NCBI GenBank assembly: GCA_018818785.1
Contig: JAHIRF010000005.1
Coordinates: 275,513-339,512, forward strand
DNA from: Thermoplasmatota archaeon
Lineage (GTDB): Archaea; Thermoplasmatota; Thermoplasmata; UBA10834
Direction of reading: 5' to 3'
Length of the DNA stretch: 64,000 nucleotides
How positions within the stretch are numbered: the stretch's first letter is position 1; the number at the start of each line of letters is the position of its first letter. The notes beneath the pieces were generated by a model, which was given only the letters and a program-made list of their open reading frames with translations, was not told the origin of the DNA and searched no databases. Below, one piece after another: positions 28,348-37,884 of this stretch. A program made the translations under genes and the position numbers.

Positions 28348-29147
28348 ACCGACAATTCTTCTTCATAATCGCGGATTCCGAACTTGAACTGATTCCAGAG
28401 GAGCTGTTGAACGAGCGATGCATATTGAACAACGCGCGAGCGCGTGGTAAGGCCCCCGAGAAGATACTCCTCGACGCCTCTCATCACCACCCAGCGTTCA
28501 CCAAGCTGAGGGATTCTGACCGGCGCGGAAGGCCAGACATCATACATTTCTACCTCATGCTGTGCCTCGACTCAGACCTATCCGCTCAGGGCAGGCTCAG
28601 GACATTCGTGCACACGAGGAACGACGATGTCATCGCCATCAACCCGGAGACGAGGCTTCCGCCGAGCTTCCCGAGGTTCGTCGGGCTCATCGAGACGGTC
28701 TTCGAGAAGCAGATAGTCCCATCGACCGAGAACCCGCTCCTGGAACTGAGGCAGAAAGTCCCTCTCGTGACGTTGGTGCAGGCGCTCAAGCCAGACACCG
28801 TGATAGTCATGGACTCCGATGGCGAGAAGGTCGAGATGCTTCCCGAGAAGTTCGCCAATATCGAGGGCGAGCGTGTGGTCGTCATCGTCGGAGGTTTCTC
28901 GAAGGGGACATTCCGTTCCGACCTTTCGAAACTGAAGCATATCAGATATTCTCTCGGCGACAGGATGATGAAGGTCTGGACGGTCACTGCGAAGGTGCTC
29001 TGCGCGATAGACCTGTCGGAGAAGATGACTGGCATGTTCGAGAAGAAGCCGGAGCCGAAGACCGCCGCAAAGGAGAAGGCGAAGCCGAAACCTAAGCCTA
29101 AGAAAGCTTCAAGACCTCGTCCCGCTCCGAAGAAGAAAGCGGCATAG
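28344..29147 (+). CDS. nep1: Ribosomal RNA small-subunit methyltransferase Nep1 (SPOUT) with Lys-rich C-terminal tail
   Basis: FFIIADSELELIPEEL and RPDIIHFYLMLCLDS match Nep1/Emg1. TTG start overlapping the purP stop (TTGA). C-terminal KPKPKPKK tail. Confidence 0.7.
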   Translation: MNRQFFFIIADSELELIPEELLNERCILNNARARGKAPEKILLDASHHHPAFTKLRDSDRRGRPDIIHFYLMLCLDSDLSAQGRLRTFVHTRNDDVIAINPETRLPPSFPRFVGLIETVFEKQIVPSTENPLLELRQKVPLVTLVQALKPDTVIVMDSDGEKVEMLPEKFANIEGERVVVIVGGFSKGTFRSDLSKLKHIRYSLGDRMMKVWTVTAKVLCAIDLSEKMTGMFEKKPEPKTAAKEKAKPKPKPKKASRPRPAPKKKAA

Positions 29148-30114
29148 AGACCCCGTCCCTTATGGCCACGGACCGGTCCTTTCCGCGGACGACCTTGCCG
29201 ATTATCGCAGCGTCTATCTTCCTTCTCTTGAGCGCTCGCACGAAGCCGATGGCATCGTCCTCTGAGAGTGTGGCGAGGAGCGCGCCGGAGCCCAACAATC
29301 CCAACGGGTCGATCCCGTAGTGCGCGCATATCTTCCGTGTCTCATCCTTGATCGGCACCTCGTCGATCCAGAGTTCGACCGATTTACCAGAGGCTTCCGC
29401 GAGTTCGTTCATGCCCATCGCGACACCGCCCTCCGTCGGATCATGCATCGCGTGCACATGATATTCCAGTGCTAGCGACGCCTCTCGTGCGATGGACAGG
29501 CCAGGATCTGTCAAGAACCTGGAGGCGCGGTCCACGGTCTTCTTGCCGAGCACATCCACGAGTTCGGCCCTCCTCTCCCTCGCGATCAATGCAGTGCCCT
29601 CGATCCCCGCACCCTTCGTGAGCACGATTAAGTCTCCGACCTTCGCTCCCGAAGTCAATATCGGCTTCCGGCCGATCAGCACTCCGTGCATGTCCCCGAC
29701 GACTATCGGATGATCTATCCCTGGAGTCACTTCCGTGTGCCCCCCGGTGACTGCCACTCCGAGCTCTTTTGCAGCGGACGAGATCTGCTTGAATATGTCT
29801 TCGACTAGTCTCTCGTCGGATCCGTCAGGCAACAGTATGGTCGCCTGGAACCAACAGGGCTTCGCGCCTCTTGTCGCCACGTCGTTCGCGTTGACGTGCA
29901 CGGCGTACCATCCTATCATGTCCGAGGCGTATGTCACAGGGTCCGTCTTGAGTACCAGTGTCTGTCCACCGATTCTGACGAGTGCAGCATCCTCGCCTAG
30001 CTTCGGGCCGAGGATCACTCTGGGGTCACGAGCTCCGGTGTGCTTGAGCATCTTCTTCAGGACCGATGATGGAAGCTTACCAGTTCGCAGAGACATCAAT
30101 CGTTCGAAAGCCAT
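29098..30114 (-). CDS. AIR synthase-related protein (PurM/HypE/ThiL superfamily)
   Basis: GEDAALV...KTDP and GWYAVHVNANDVATRGAKP are PurM-like N-domain motifs. The start is taken as MAFERL (ATG 30114); the ORF-track extension overlaps the next gene. Confidence 0.6.
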   Translation of the reverse strand: MAFERLMSLRTGKLPSSVLKKMLKHTGARDPRVILGPKLGEDAALVRIGGQTLVLKTDPVTYASDMIGWYAVHVNANDVATRGAKPCWFQATILLPDGSDERLVEDIFKQISSAAKELGVAVTGGHTEVTPGIDHPIVVGDMHGVLIGRKPILTSGAKVGDLIVLTKGAGIEGTALIARERRAELVDVLGKKTVDRASRFLTDPGLSIAREASLALEYHVHAMHDPTEGGVAMGMNELAEASGKSVELWIDEVPIKDETRKICAHYGIDPLGLLGSGALLATLSEDDAIGFVRALKRRKIDAAIIGKVVRGKDRSVAIRDGVSMPLSSSERDEVLKLS

Positions 30115-30225
30115 AGCGACATAATAGTGTTTTGCGTGGTTTCGACATCCGTCCGGCAAGTTGACGAAACCTGAACACCAATGCTTTATATCGGTGGGGT
30201 TCCTGACACCTTTCGGGCGAGTACA

Positions 30226-31377
30226 ATGATCGCAGAACGCATACAACGCGTGAAAGAGTCAGGCACGATGAAGATGAAGGAGTTGGCCGGCCAGAAGAAG
30301 GCCGAGGGCAAGAAGATCATCTCCTTCACAGTCGGAGAGCCGGATTTCGACACGCCAAAACACATAGTGGAGGCAGCGAAGAAGGCATTGGACGAAGGCC
30401 AGACCAGATACCTCAACGGTCCTGGACTGCCTGCGCTCAGGGAGGCGATTGCCAAGAGGAGCAAGGCAGACAACGGTATCCCGTGCGACTCCTCTAATGT
30501 CATGGTCGCGCCTACGAAGATGGCCATGTTCGAGACGATCATGGCTACCATCAACCCGGGAGATGAGATGATAATGCCTGACCCGGCATGGGTGTCCTAT
30601 GAGCCGGCCTGTGCACTTGCGGGCGGGAAAGCGGTCCCGGTGACGACCAAGGAGGAGACCGAATGGAGGATGCTCCCCGAGGCTGTCGCTGAGATGATCA
30701 CTCCGAAGACGAAGATGATACTGCTCAACTCACCATCGAACCCATGCGGATCCATCGCGACCAAGGAGGACATCAAGGGGATCGCGGACCTTGCCAAGGA
30801 CCACGACCTCGTCGTGCTGTCCGATGAGGTCTATGAGAACATCGTGTTCGACGGGCACAAGCACTACTCCATCGCGGCTGAGCCAGGGATGTTCGACCGC
30901 ACGGTGACGATAAGCGGATTCTCGAAGACCTACGCCATGACCGGTTGGAGGCTGGGCTGGTTGGTCGCGCCGAAGCCGTTGTTCAAAGCCATAAACAAGG
31001 TCCAGCAGCACTCGATCACGCACGCAACGACCTTCGCCCAGTACGGCGGCCTCGCGGGGCTGACGGAATCGCAGGACTGCGTGAAGGCGATGGTCAAGGA
31101 GTTCAGCGAGCGCAGGGACCTCATAATGAAGCTCATCAAGGAGATACCCCAGCTGCACTGCGACACTCCCAAGGGCGCATTCTATGTGTTCCCAAGATAC
31201 GAGGGGGACATGGACTCCATGGAGATGGCGATGTACCTCATGGACAAGGCAGAGGTCGCGGTCACGGGCGGAGAGGCGTTCGGTGCGGCGGGCAAGCAGC
31301 ACCTGAGGATCTCATACGCCACGGGCAAGAAGAACATCGAGGACGGCATGGAGCGCATCAAGAAAGCGTTGGCTTGA
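30226..31377 (+). CDS. Class I pyridoxal-phosphate aminotransferase (aspartate aminotransferase-like)
   Basis: Motifs FTVGEPDFDTP, NSPSNPCGS and SGFSKTYAMTGWRLGW (Lys in SKT as the PLP lysine). Confidence 0.8.
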   Translation: MIAERIQRVKESGTMKMKELAGQKKAEGKKIISFTVGEPDFDTPKHIVEAAKKALDEGQTRYLNGPGLPALREAIAKRSKADNGIPCDSSNVMVAPTKMAMFETIMATINPGDEMIMPDPAWVSYEPACALAGGKAVPVTTKEETEWRMLPEAVAEMITPKTKMILLNSPSNPCGSIATKEDIKGIADLAKDHDLVVLSDEVYENIVFDGHKHYSIAAEPGMFDRTVTISGFSKTYAMTGWRLGWLVAPKPLFKAINKVQQHSITHATTFAQYGGLAGLTESQDCVKAMVKEFSERRDLIMKLIKEIPQLHCDTPKGAFYVFPRYEGDMDSMEMAMYLMDKAEVAVTGGEAFGAAGKQHLRISYATGKKNIEDGMERIKKALA

Positions 31378-31397
31378 TCCCGAACCGACCAAACTCC

Positions 31398-32018
31398 TTA
31401 TCTCAACTTTCTTGGCTGTTTCTTGTCTTTGCCTTTGACCACTTTCTTCCGGACGACCTTCGGCTTCCCGGCTATCATATCCTTGGCCGGGTACTTGTCG
31501 AGGTCCATCCGTTTCATGATCATATGAGGCTTGAACCCCATCTGACCCCAGGCTGCCCTTGCCTCGAAGTTCGCGGCGGCGACGCTCAGGTTAGCCGTCC
31601 TGACCTTGTTCTGGTAGAACCATTTGAGACAGACCTTGAGCATCTCCCTCGTGATGCCCTTCTTGCGCAGCTCCGGCCTCACGTACGCGTCGGAGATGTT
31701 GCCCAGGGTCTTCTCCTTGAAGATGGGTGCGTTCGGTGATAGCATACCTAGCATGAAACCCACGATCTCATCGTCCTGCTCCGCAACCACCAGTTTCGTG
31801 CTCTTCTCGGAGAACTTCTTCGATACGTACTTGGACCATTTATCGCGGCCGTCGCTGGCTGGAAGGAAGTGGATCGAGAGGTCGGAATGATGGGCGACTA
31901 GATCCTCCCATAGGTCCACGACCTGATCGAGGTCCTCCTTGCGAGCTTCGCGTATCTCTATCCTTGTCCGAGCCACATTCCCACCTACCGCCCCTGGCTC
32001 TTCTGCGATGTGATTCAA
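31398..32018 (-). CDS. GNAT family N-acetyltransferase with Lys-rich C-terminus
   Basis: Acetyl-CoA-binding motif RKKGITREML; K-rich tail. Confidence 0.65.
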   Translation of the reverse strand: MNHIAEEPGAVGGNVARTRIEIREARKEDLDQVVDLWEDLVAHHSDLSIHFLPASDGRDKWSKYVSKKFSEKSTKLVVAEQDDEIVGFMLGMLSPNAPIFKEKTLGNISDAYVRPELRKKGITREMLKVCLKWFYQNKVRTANLSVAAANFEARAAWGQMGFKPHMIMKRMDLDKYPAKDMIAGKPKVVRKKVVKGKDKKQPRKLR

Positions 32019-32023
32019 TCCTC

Positions 32024-33592
32024 TTAAAGCCTGATGTAGGTGGCAGAGGTCAGGTCAGGGATCGCCTTGACCTTCTCGAGCACTTCTGGCGACACGGACT
32101 CGTCTATCTCGAGGATCATCATCGCGGGTCCCCTGGTCTCCTGTCTAGCGACTTCCATGCTCGCGATGTTGACGTCGTTGTCCCCGAGCACGGTGCCCAC
32201 CTTGCCGATCATACCTGGCTTGTCCATGTGCGATATGAGCAGTAGGTTCCCTTCAGGCACGATGTCCACTTTGCTGCCATCGATCTCCACCAGTCTGGGA
32301 CCCTTGTCCGCGATGAGCGACCCAGCCACGGAGGTCGTATGACTGTTCGTGTGCATCGTGACCCTTATGAGGTTCTTGAACGAGCCTGCATCATCCGAGG
32401 TCGATGTGACGATCTCTATACCCCTCGTCTTCGCGAAGTTCAGCGCGTTGATGTAGTTGACATTGAACTCTTCGGAGACGGGGCTAAGCAGTCCGGTGAC
32501 GACGGAAGCGGCGATGATCTTAGTGTCCTTCTGTGCCAGCTCCCCCCTGCACGATATCTCCACTTTGCCGGTCCCGCACTTGCCCAACTGGCATATGAAC
32601 GTGCCCAACGCCTCGGCCAGGGGCATGTACGGCACTATCTCCGGGTCGAGCTTGGCCGGGAGGTTGACCGCGTTCTTGATGACATTGTCCTCCAGGTACG
32701 CGATGACCTGCTCTGCGATCTCAGAGCCCACATCCTCCTGGGCTTCCTTCGTGGTGGCTCCGAGGTGTGGTGTGAGCACTACGTTGTTCAGCGTGAGCAG
32801 TTTCGAGCCCTTCGGTGGCTCCTCGGAATAGACGTCCAGCGCGGCACCGCCTATCCTCCCTTCGGCGAGTATCTCGTAGAGTGCGTCCTCGTTCACGACG
32901 CCTCCTCTCGCGCAGTTGATGAGCATGGCGCTCTTCTTCATGTGGGACAGCTCGGTCTTTCCGAGCAGGTCCTTCGTCTGCGGCGTCAGAGGCGTGTGGA
33001 GCGATATGAAGTCCGATTCCTCGAGGAGCCGGTCCAATGTGACGAGTCTCACATGCAGCTTGACGCCGACCTCTGGGGATACGAGCGGGTCGTACGCGAT
33101 GGTCTTCATGCCCAGGGCGCCCGCGCGTCTGGCCACTTCAGCGCCGACTCTCCCGAGCCCGATTATTCCGAGCGTCTTGCCAGAGACCTGCAGCCCTTTC
33201 AGCTCCTTCCTCTTCCACTCTCCCTTCTTCATAGAGGCATCGGCTTCCGCAATCTTCCTCGCGAGAGCGAATATGAATCCGATGGTGAGTTCCGCGGTCG
33301 ATATGACGTTCCCCGATGGCGCGATCATGACGAGTATCCCACCCTCGGTCGCCGCTGGCACATCGACGTTGTCGATGCCTATGCCCGCCCTTCCGATGAC
33401 CTTCAATTTGGATGCCTTGATGATCTTCTTCGTCACCTTGGTCGCGCTTCTGACCAGGATCACATCGTAATCCTTGATGATCTTGATTAGTTCGTCCTCT
33501 TTCAGGCCGGTCTTCACGTCTACCTTGTAGCCTTTGGCCTTCAGCATATCCACGCCGCTCTTTGAAATCTCGTCTGCGACGAGTACTCTCAT
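32024..33592 (-). CDS. serA: D-3-phosphoglycerate dehydrogenase with C-terminal ACT domain
   Basis: GIIGLGRVGAEVARRA NAD-binding motif, CARGGVV, and a C-terminal ACT domain; start taken at MRVLVAD. Confidence 0.85.
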   Translation of the reverse strand: MRVLVADEISKSGVDMLKAKGYKVDVKTGLKEDELIKIIKDYDVILVRSATKVTKKIIKASKLKVIGRAGIGIDNVDVPAATEGGILVMIAPSGNVISTAELTIGFIFALARKIAEADASMKKGEWKRKELKGLQVSGKTLGIIGLGRVGAEVARRAGALGMKTIAYDPLVSPEVGVKLHVRLVTLDRLLEESDFISLHTPLTPQTKDLLGKTELSHMKKSAMLINCARGGVVNEDALYEILAEGRIGGAALDVYSEEPPKGSKLLTLNNVVLTPHLGATTKEAQEDVGSEIAEQVIAYLEDNVIKNAVNLPAKLDPEIVPYMPLAEALGTFICQLGKCGTGKVEISCRGELAQKDTKIIAASVVTGLLSPVSEEFNVNYINALNFAKTRGIEIVTSTSDDAGSFKNLIRVTMHTNSHTTSVAGSLIADKGPRLVEIDGSKVDIVPEGNLLLISHMDKPGMIGKVGTVLGDNDVNIASMEVARQETRGPAMMILEIDESVSPEVLEKVKAIPDLTSATYIRL

Positions 33593-33761
33593 CTTGCACA
33601 CCTTCTTTTTGCCAATCCTTCTCGGCAAAACGGGAACCGAGCCTCCCAGATATCAATGTGTTGGACGTTGCTAACGTTCAAGTGTTCCTTTTTGTGCTAT
33701 GAGTGTTCATGTCGTGTCGAACCGTGGACGATGGACGACGTGATTCGAATGCCAGCATCTG

Positions 33762-34301
33762 ATGCACCCGCTTCTGCGCATTCTCTGCATAATCACTATA
33801 TATCCACGGAATGTTGTTCAGGGACGAAGTCGAATGCATACAATAAAGCGTCGAGCCTCGATCAATTGTAAGCTCGGTGACGCTTTCGAATACGTCGCAG
33901 ACTGGAAGAATTTCGCCAACTACATACCGATGTTCGTCAAGATCGAGCCGACCAGCTTAGTACATTATGGTCCTGGGACCTCACTCGATATGACCATGAT
34001 GCTGGGTACGAAAGTCGTCATGACGACCACGTTGGACGTCGTCGACTTCTTGAAGAACAGGCATATCGTCATGAAGTCCCATCGGGGAATAAGGACCAAG
34101 ACGAAATGGGAGTTCAAGGACATAGGCGGGAAGATACTGACAACACTCGACTTCGAATACGAGCTTCCGCCAGGGTTGACTCTCCGAGAAGGCGAGTTGA
34201 ACATGTTGGCGAAGGACCTGGAAGATTCTTGGGCGAAGAGTCTGGAGATGCTGAAATGGATCCTAGAATCGATGCCGCCCAGCGCTGATGACGACTATTG
34301 A
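33762..34301 (+). CDS. SRPBCC (START/Bet v1-like) family protein
   Basis: About 155-180 aa with a START-like pattern; start uncertain (possibly MHTIKRR). Confidence 0.4.
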   Translation: MHPLLRILCIITIYPRNVVQGRSRMHTIKRRASINCKLGDAFEYVADWKNFANYIPMFVKIEPTSLVHYGPGTSLDMTMMLGTKVVMTTTLDVVDFLKNRHIVMKSHRGIRTKTKWEFKDIGGKILTTLDFEYELPPGLTLREGELNMLAKDLEDSWAKSLEMLKWILESMPPSADDDY

Positions 34302-34303
34302 AC

Positions 34304-34492
34304 TCATGTGCCCGGCGGAAGCATGTTCGGTATGCCGTCCTCGATCGGGTAATCGATCTTGCACTTGGCGCATCTGATGCTCCCCGCGAGCACTTCCTTG
34401 GCATCCTCCTTGTCTATCTTGAGCTCGAGCGGATGGTGCTTGCAGACGGGGCATGCGAGTATGTCCATGAGGTTCTTCTTCATACCTGACAC
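34304..34492 (-). CDS. Trm112-family small zinc-finger protein
   Basis: 62 aa: MDILACPVCK...IRCAKCKIDYPIEDGIPNMLP. Confidence 0.65.
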   Translation of the reverse strand: MSGMKKNLMDILACPVCKHHPLELKIDKEDAKEVLAGSIRCAKCKIDYPIEDGIPNMLPPGT

Positions 34493-34602
34493 CAGGGACT
34501 GTATGGTGAAGCGGTAATAAGTCTTTCACGGAGACGGTTCTGTCAATTTTCGGGTGGTGTTGTCGATGGTGCCTTTCTCGATGACATGAATATCTCGTCG
34601 AT

Positions 34603-34619
34603 TGCATGAGTAGCATGCA
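34603..34619 (+). repeat. Perfect 6-bp stem / 5-nt loop hairpin (tgcatg-agtag-catgca) in the putative left end of the IS
   Basis: Read directly from the sequence. IS200/IS605 ends carry subterminal hairpins. Confidence 0.35.
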
Positions 34620-34663
34620 TGTAACCAAGCGGTGAATATGCCCCTGGCCAGATACCGTATTCG

Positions 34664-35881
34664 ATGCTCCACAGAGCGGTAGTGTTCCACATTCATGGCG
34701 AGCTACCATTTGAGGCTACGATGCTCATGGAGGATTTCCGCCTGGCAGTCAACTCTGCGATCAGAGCGGGCCTAAATGCGAAGGTCACCTCCAGGAATGC
34801 CCTGGCGAAGCTTGCGTACAAGGACTTCAGGAAAGAGCATCCGAACATGTATGCCCAGCATCTGGTATCCTCGTTCGAGGTCGCGGGTTCGGTGCTGAAG
34901 AACCTGCGAAGGCGTTGGGGGAAGGGCCCGACCCATCGCATTCCATATGTGCGTCGACTGATGATGAAGGCGGAGAACCAGGCATACAAGCTCGATCGAG
35001 AGAATGGCGTGATCGACCTTCCTATACGGGCAGGATGTCATGTGAAGCTGAGGCTCGTCCTGAGCGATTACCATCGCATCTATCTGAACGACAGAACTCT
35101 CTCTCTTGGTTCACTGACCCTACTTCCAGACAGAGTCATAATAGCCTTCAGGAAGAGCCTGCCTGAATCATACATTCCAGAGACGGCCCTGTCTCTGGAT
35201 ACCAATGAACGATCCTTGGACGGCGTGTTACTGAGCGAAGATGAGTGCCTGCCAGTCCAGGCCGCGTATCCCGATGTCCCGATAATCCAGGCACGGCATC
35301 ATGACCAGCGCAGGAGCCTCCAGAAGAAGAAGGCGCACGACCGGCGGACATCGAGGCGGTTGTGTCGCAGAGAGGGGAAGAGAGAGCGTCATCGGATCGA
35401 GTATCGCATGCACCAGGTGGCCAATGCGGTCCTCGGCTTCGCGGAGGAGCATAAATCGACGATTGTGCTCGAGGATCTGAGTTGGATGACAGCGCGTAAG
35501 CGCGGCAAATCGCTCAACAGGCGGTTGAACTCATGGCCTCGGAGGAAGCTTCACGACTTCATCGAGTACAAGGCAGCCTGGAAAGGCGTGCCAGTCATCA
35601 AGGTGGACCCATACAACAGCAGCAGGAGGTGCCCAATATGTAGGAGATTGAATCATTCCCGAATGGGCGCCGATTTCGAGTGTGAGTGCGGTTGGTGTGC
35701 CGACAGGCATGTCAACGCTGGCATAAACCTGCTGCAGACAGCCTTCCCAGAAGGGATGGCAGGGGGCTTACGGTTCAGCCCCGGCGCGTTCCAGCATGAC
35801 GTGGTGATGACCCTCTACGACCCAGAGATGGGCGCACGGTTGGAGCCGAATGGGACGAGTCGATCGGTGGTTCAGTCATGA
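34664..35881 (+). CDS. tnpB: TnpB (OrfB) RNA-guided endonuclease / IS605-family transposase accessory protein
   Basis: RuvC-I LSLDTNE, RuvC-II IVLEDLSWM, zinc finger CPICRRLNH...CECGWC and RuvC-III ADRHVNAGINL are all present. Confidence 0.8.
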   Translation: MLHRAVVFHIHGELPFEATMLMEDFRLAVNSAIRAGLNAKVTSRNALAKLAYKDFRKEHPNMYAQHLVSSFEVAGSVLKNLRRRWGKGPTHRIPYVRRLMMKAENQAYKLDRENGVIDLPIRAGCHVKLRLVLSDYHRIYLNDRTLSLGSLTLLPDRVIIAFRKSLPESYIPETALSLDTNERSLDGVLLSEDECLPVQAAYPDVPIIQARHHDQRRSLQKKKAHDRRTSRRLCRREGKRERHRIEYRMHQVANAVLGFAEEHKSTIVLEDLSWMTARKRGKSLNRRLNSWPRRKLHDFIEYKAAWKGVPVIKVDPYNSSRRCPICRRLNHSRMGADFECECGWCADRHVNAGINLLQTAFPEGMAGGLRFSPGAFQHDVVMTLYDPEMGARLEPNGTSRSVVQS

Positions 35882-35963
35882 TGACCACCACCCGATTATT
35901 GACAGAACTCACGGGGACTGTCCCTGCCAAGCATTAATAACGCGGTATGGGGATTTGGCGCGC

Positions 35964-36941
35964 ATGCGCATAGGTGTGATTGGCGTCGGTTCGATGGGCC
36001 AGAACCATGCGAGGATACTGGCCGACATGGGTCTTCTGGCTGGCGTTTCTGATATCTCGCCAGAGGCGGCGAAGAAGGTCGGCGACCGGTATTCGGTCCC
36101 TTACATGACCAAACACTCCGACCTCCTCAAAGAAGATATTGATGCGGTCATCATCGTGACGCCCACGACCACCCACAAGAAGGTGGCGTCGTGCGCCTTG
36201 CGCGCGGGCAAGCATGTGCTTCTCGAGAAGCCGATGACCGGCTCGTCGAAGGACCTCGTGGAATTGAACCGCCAGGCATCGCGTTCGAAGCTGGTCCTTG
36301 CGGGTGGATTCGTCGAGAGGCACAATCCTGTCGTATCGTTCGCCAGGAACAGCCTTCAGAAGGGCGATTTCGGCACGCTCATCACGGCCGCTACCAGACG
36401 CGTGTCCTCGCTCCCGAGCAGGATAAGGGACATCGGCGTGGTCATGGACCTGGGCATACACGACATGGATGTCGTGCAGCACGTGGTCGGCGAGCGCGCA
36501 CTGTCGGTGTACGCCCTTGGCGGGACCGGGAAAGGCATCAAGTTCGAGGACCACGCGAACATACTCATCGATTTCGAGAAGGGTGCGACGGGCTTCATAG
36601 AGGTCAATTGGCTCACCCCTATGAGGGTGAGGAAGCTCGCCCTCACCTGCGACAAGAACTTCGTCGAGGTGGATTACATGGACCAGAGCGTGCAGGTCTG
36701 CTCATCCACATTCAAGCCCTTCGAACCGGGCAACCTGTTCAATGTGCCGATCGATTTCGACCTGAGGCGCGTCGCTCTCAGGAAGGAAGAGCCGCTCAGG
36801 CGGGAGCTCAACGATTTCATATCCGCCATGAAAGATGGCAAGGACCCGCTCGTCACAGGTGAGAGTGCGGTGCATACCCTGAAGATCGCTGAGGCCGCAC
36901 TGAAGTCCATGAAATCCGGACGGAAGGAACTGGTGCGCTGA
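35964..36941 (+). CDS. Gfo/Idh/MocA-family NAD(P)-dependent oxidoreductase
   Basis: MRIGVIGVGSMGQNHARIL Rossmann N-terminus and an EKPMT motif; start at ATG 35964 rather than the ORF-track start at 35850. Confidence 0.8.
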   Translation: MRIGVIGVGSMGQNHARILADMGLLAGVSDISPEAAKKVGDRYSVPYMTKHSDLLKEDIDAVIIVTPTTTHKKVASCALRAGKHVLLEKPMTGSSKDLVELNRQASRSKLVLAGGFVERHNPVVSFARNSLQKGDFGTLITAATRRVSSLPSRIRDIGVVMDLGIHDMDVVQHVVGERALSVYALGGTGKGIKFEDHANILIDFEKGATGFIEVNWLTPMRVRKLALTCDKNFVEVDYMDQSVQVCSSTFKPFEPGNLFNVPIDFDLRRVALRKEEPLRRELNDFISAMKDGKDPLVTGESAVHTLKIAEAALKSMKSGRKELVR

Positions 36942-36987
36942 TAGGTGGTGTTTGGATGATCACGTTCATGTCCTGGCTGGTGTCTCA

Positions 36988-37884
36988 ATGAAGGTGCTCG
37001 TCACTGGATCGTCCGGCCAGCTCGGGTCGTACGTTTGCGAACTGCTGCTGGATAAGCACGACGTCTCGGGCATAGATAACAAACCCGCGACCTACGATTC
37101 CGTGAAGGCACTCACACGGATGGGTGACATCCGCAGGATGAGCGATGTCGAGTCAGTCGTGGCCGATGTGGATGTGGTCGTGCATTGTGCTGCGCAGGTG
37201 AGCGTCGAACGTTCGACCGAGGACCCGGTAGCCGATGCGGAGACGAACGTCCTAGGGACCATCAACCTGCTTCACGCCGCGTCCAAGGCCGGTGTGTCCC
37301 GCTTCATCTACATCAGCAGCGCCGCGGTATACGGTGACCCGCTCAGAACACCCATCGACGAGTCTCATCCGACAGAACCGATGAGCAACTACGGCGCCAG
37401 CAAATTATCCGGCGAGAAGTTCTCCCTGGCCTTCGCTCATACGACGTCCATGGAGTCAGTCGTGATCCGTCCGTTCAATTTCTATTCCGAGAGGGCCGAC
37501 CCGAAGAGCCCTTACTCCGGGGTGATAACGAAGTTCGTGGCCCGCGTCCGTGCTGGCGATCCTCCCGTGATAGAAGGCGATGGCACCCAGACTCGGGATT
37601 TCATACACGCTCGCGATGTCGCACGCATGATCGAGATGGCCCTGACCAAGAAAGGGATATCCGGTCTCGTCCTGAACTGTGGCTCTGGATCGTCCACGAG
37701 CATCGCTGATCTCGCGGATGTGGCCATCGCGGCGTCCGGCAGACCCGATCTCAAGCCGGAGTTCGTCGCTCCGCGCAAGGGTGACATAAAGCACAGCCTC
37801 GCAGATACGCGACTCGCACAAGAGAGACTGGGGTTCGGTCCCAAGGTGTCCATGAAAGACGGCATCGCGGAGCTTCTCAGCTGA
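36988..37884 (+). CDS. NAD-dependent nucleoside-diphosphate-sugar epimerase/dehydratase
   Basis: MKVLVTGSSGQLGS and the YGASK catalytic motif. Confidence 0.8.
   Translation: MKVLVTGSSGQLGSYVCELLLDKHDVSGIDNKPATYDSVKALTRMGDIRRMSDVESVVADVDVVVHCAAQVSVERSTEDPVADAETNVLGTINLLHAASKAGVSRFIYISSAAVYGDPLRTPIDESHPTEPMSNYGASKLSGEKFSLAFAHTTSMESVVIRPFNFYSERADPKSPYSGVITKFVARVRAGDPPVIEGDGTQTRDFIHARDVARMIEMALTKKGISGLVLNCGSGSSTSIADLADVAIAASGRPDLKPEFVAPRKGDIKHSLADTRLAQERLGFGPKVSMKDGIAELLS

Larger units (their letters stand above)
34493..35963 (+). mobile_element. IS200/IS605-family (IS1341-like) tnpB-only insertion element; boundaries approximate
   Basis: A TnpB gene occupies the short space between trm112 and the Gfo/Idh/MocA gene, with a subterminal hairpin upstream. 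No tnpA is present. Confidence 0.5.

Noticed and set aside
29098-30246. ORF-track start at 30246 for the AIR-synthase-related gene, overlapping the aminotransferase
   Set aside because: The upstream 44 codons (MYAFCDHCTRPKG...) overlap the divergent gene region and have no conservation pattern. ATG 30114 (MAFERL) is the preferred start.
33656-33871. 71-aa Cys-rich ORF upstream of the SRPBCC gene
   Set aside because: It overlaps the probable promoter and N-terminus of the SRPBCC gene and has low-complexity composition, so it is likely spurious.
35850-35963. ORF-track start of the Gfo/Idh/MocA gene at 35850, overlapping the tnpB 3' end
   Set aside because: The Rossmann N-terminus begins at MRIGVIGVG (ATG 35964). 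The upstream 38 codons overlap tnpB and have no support.
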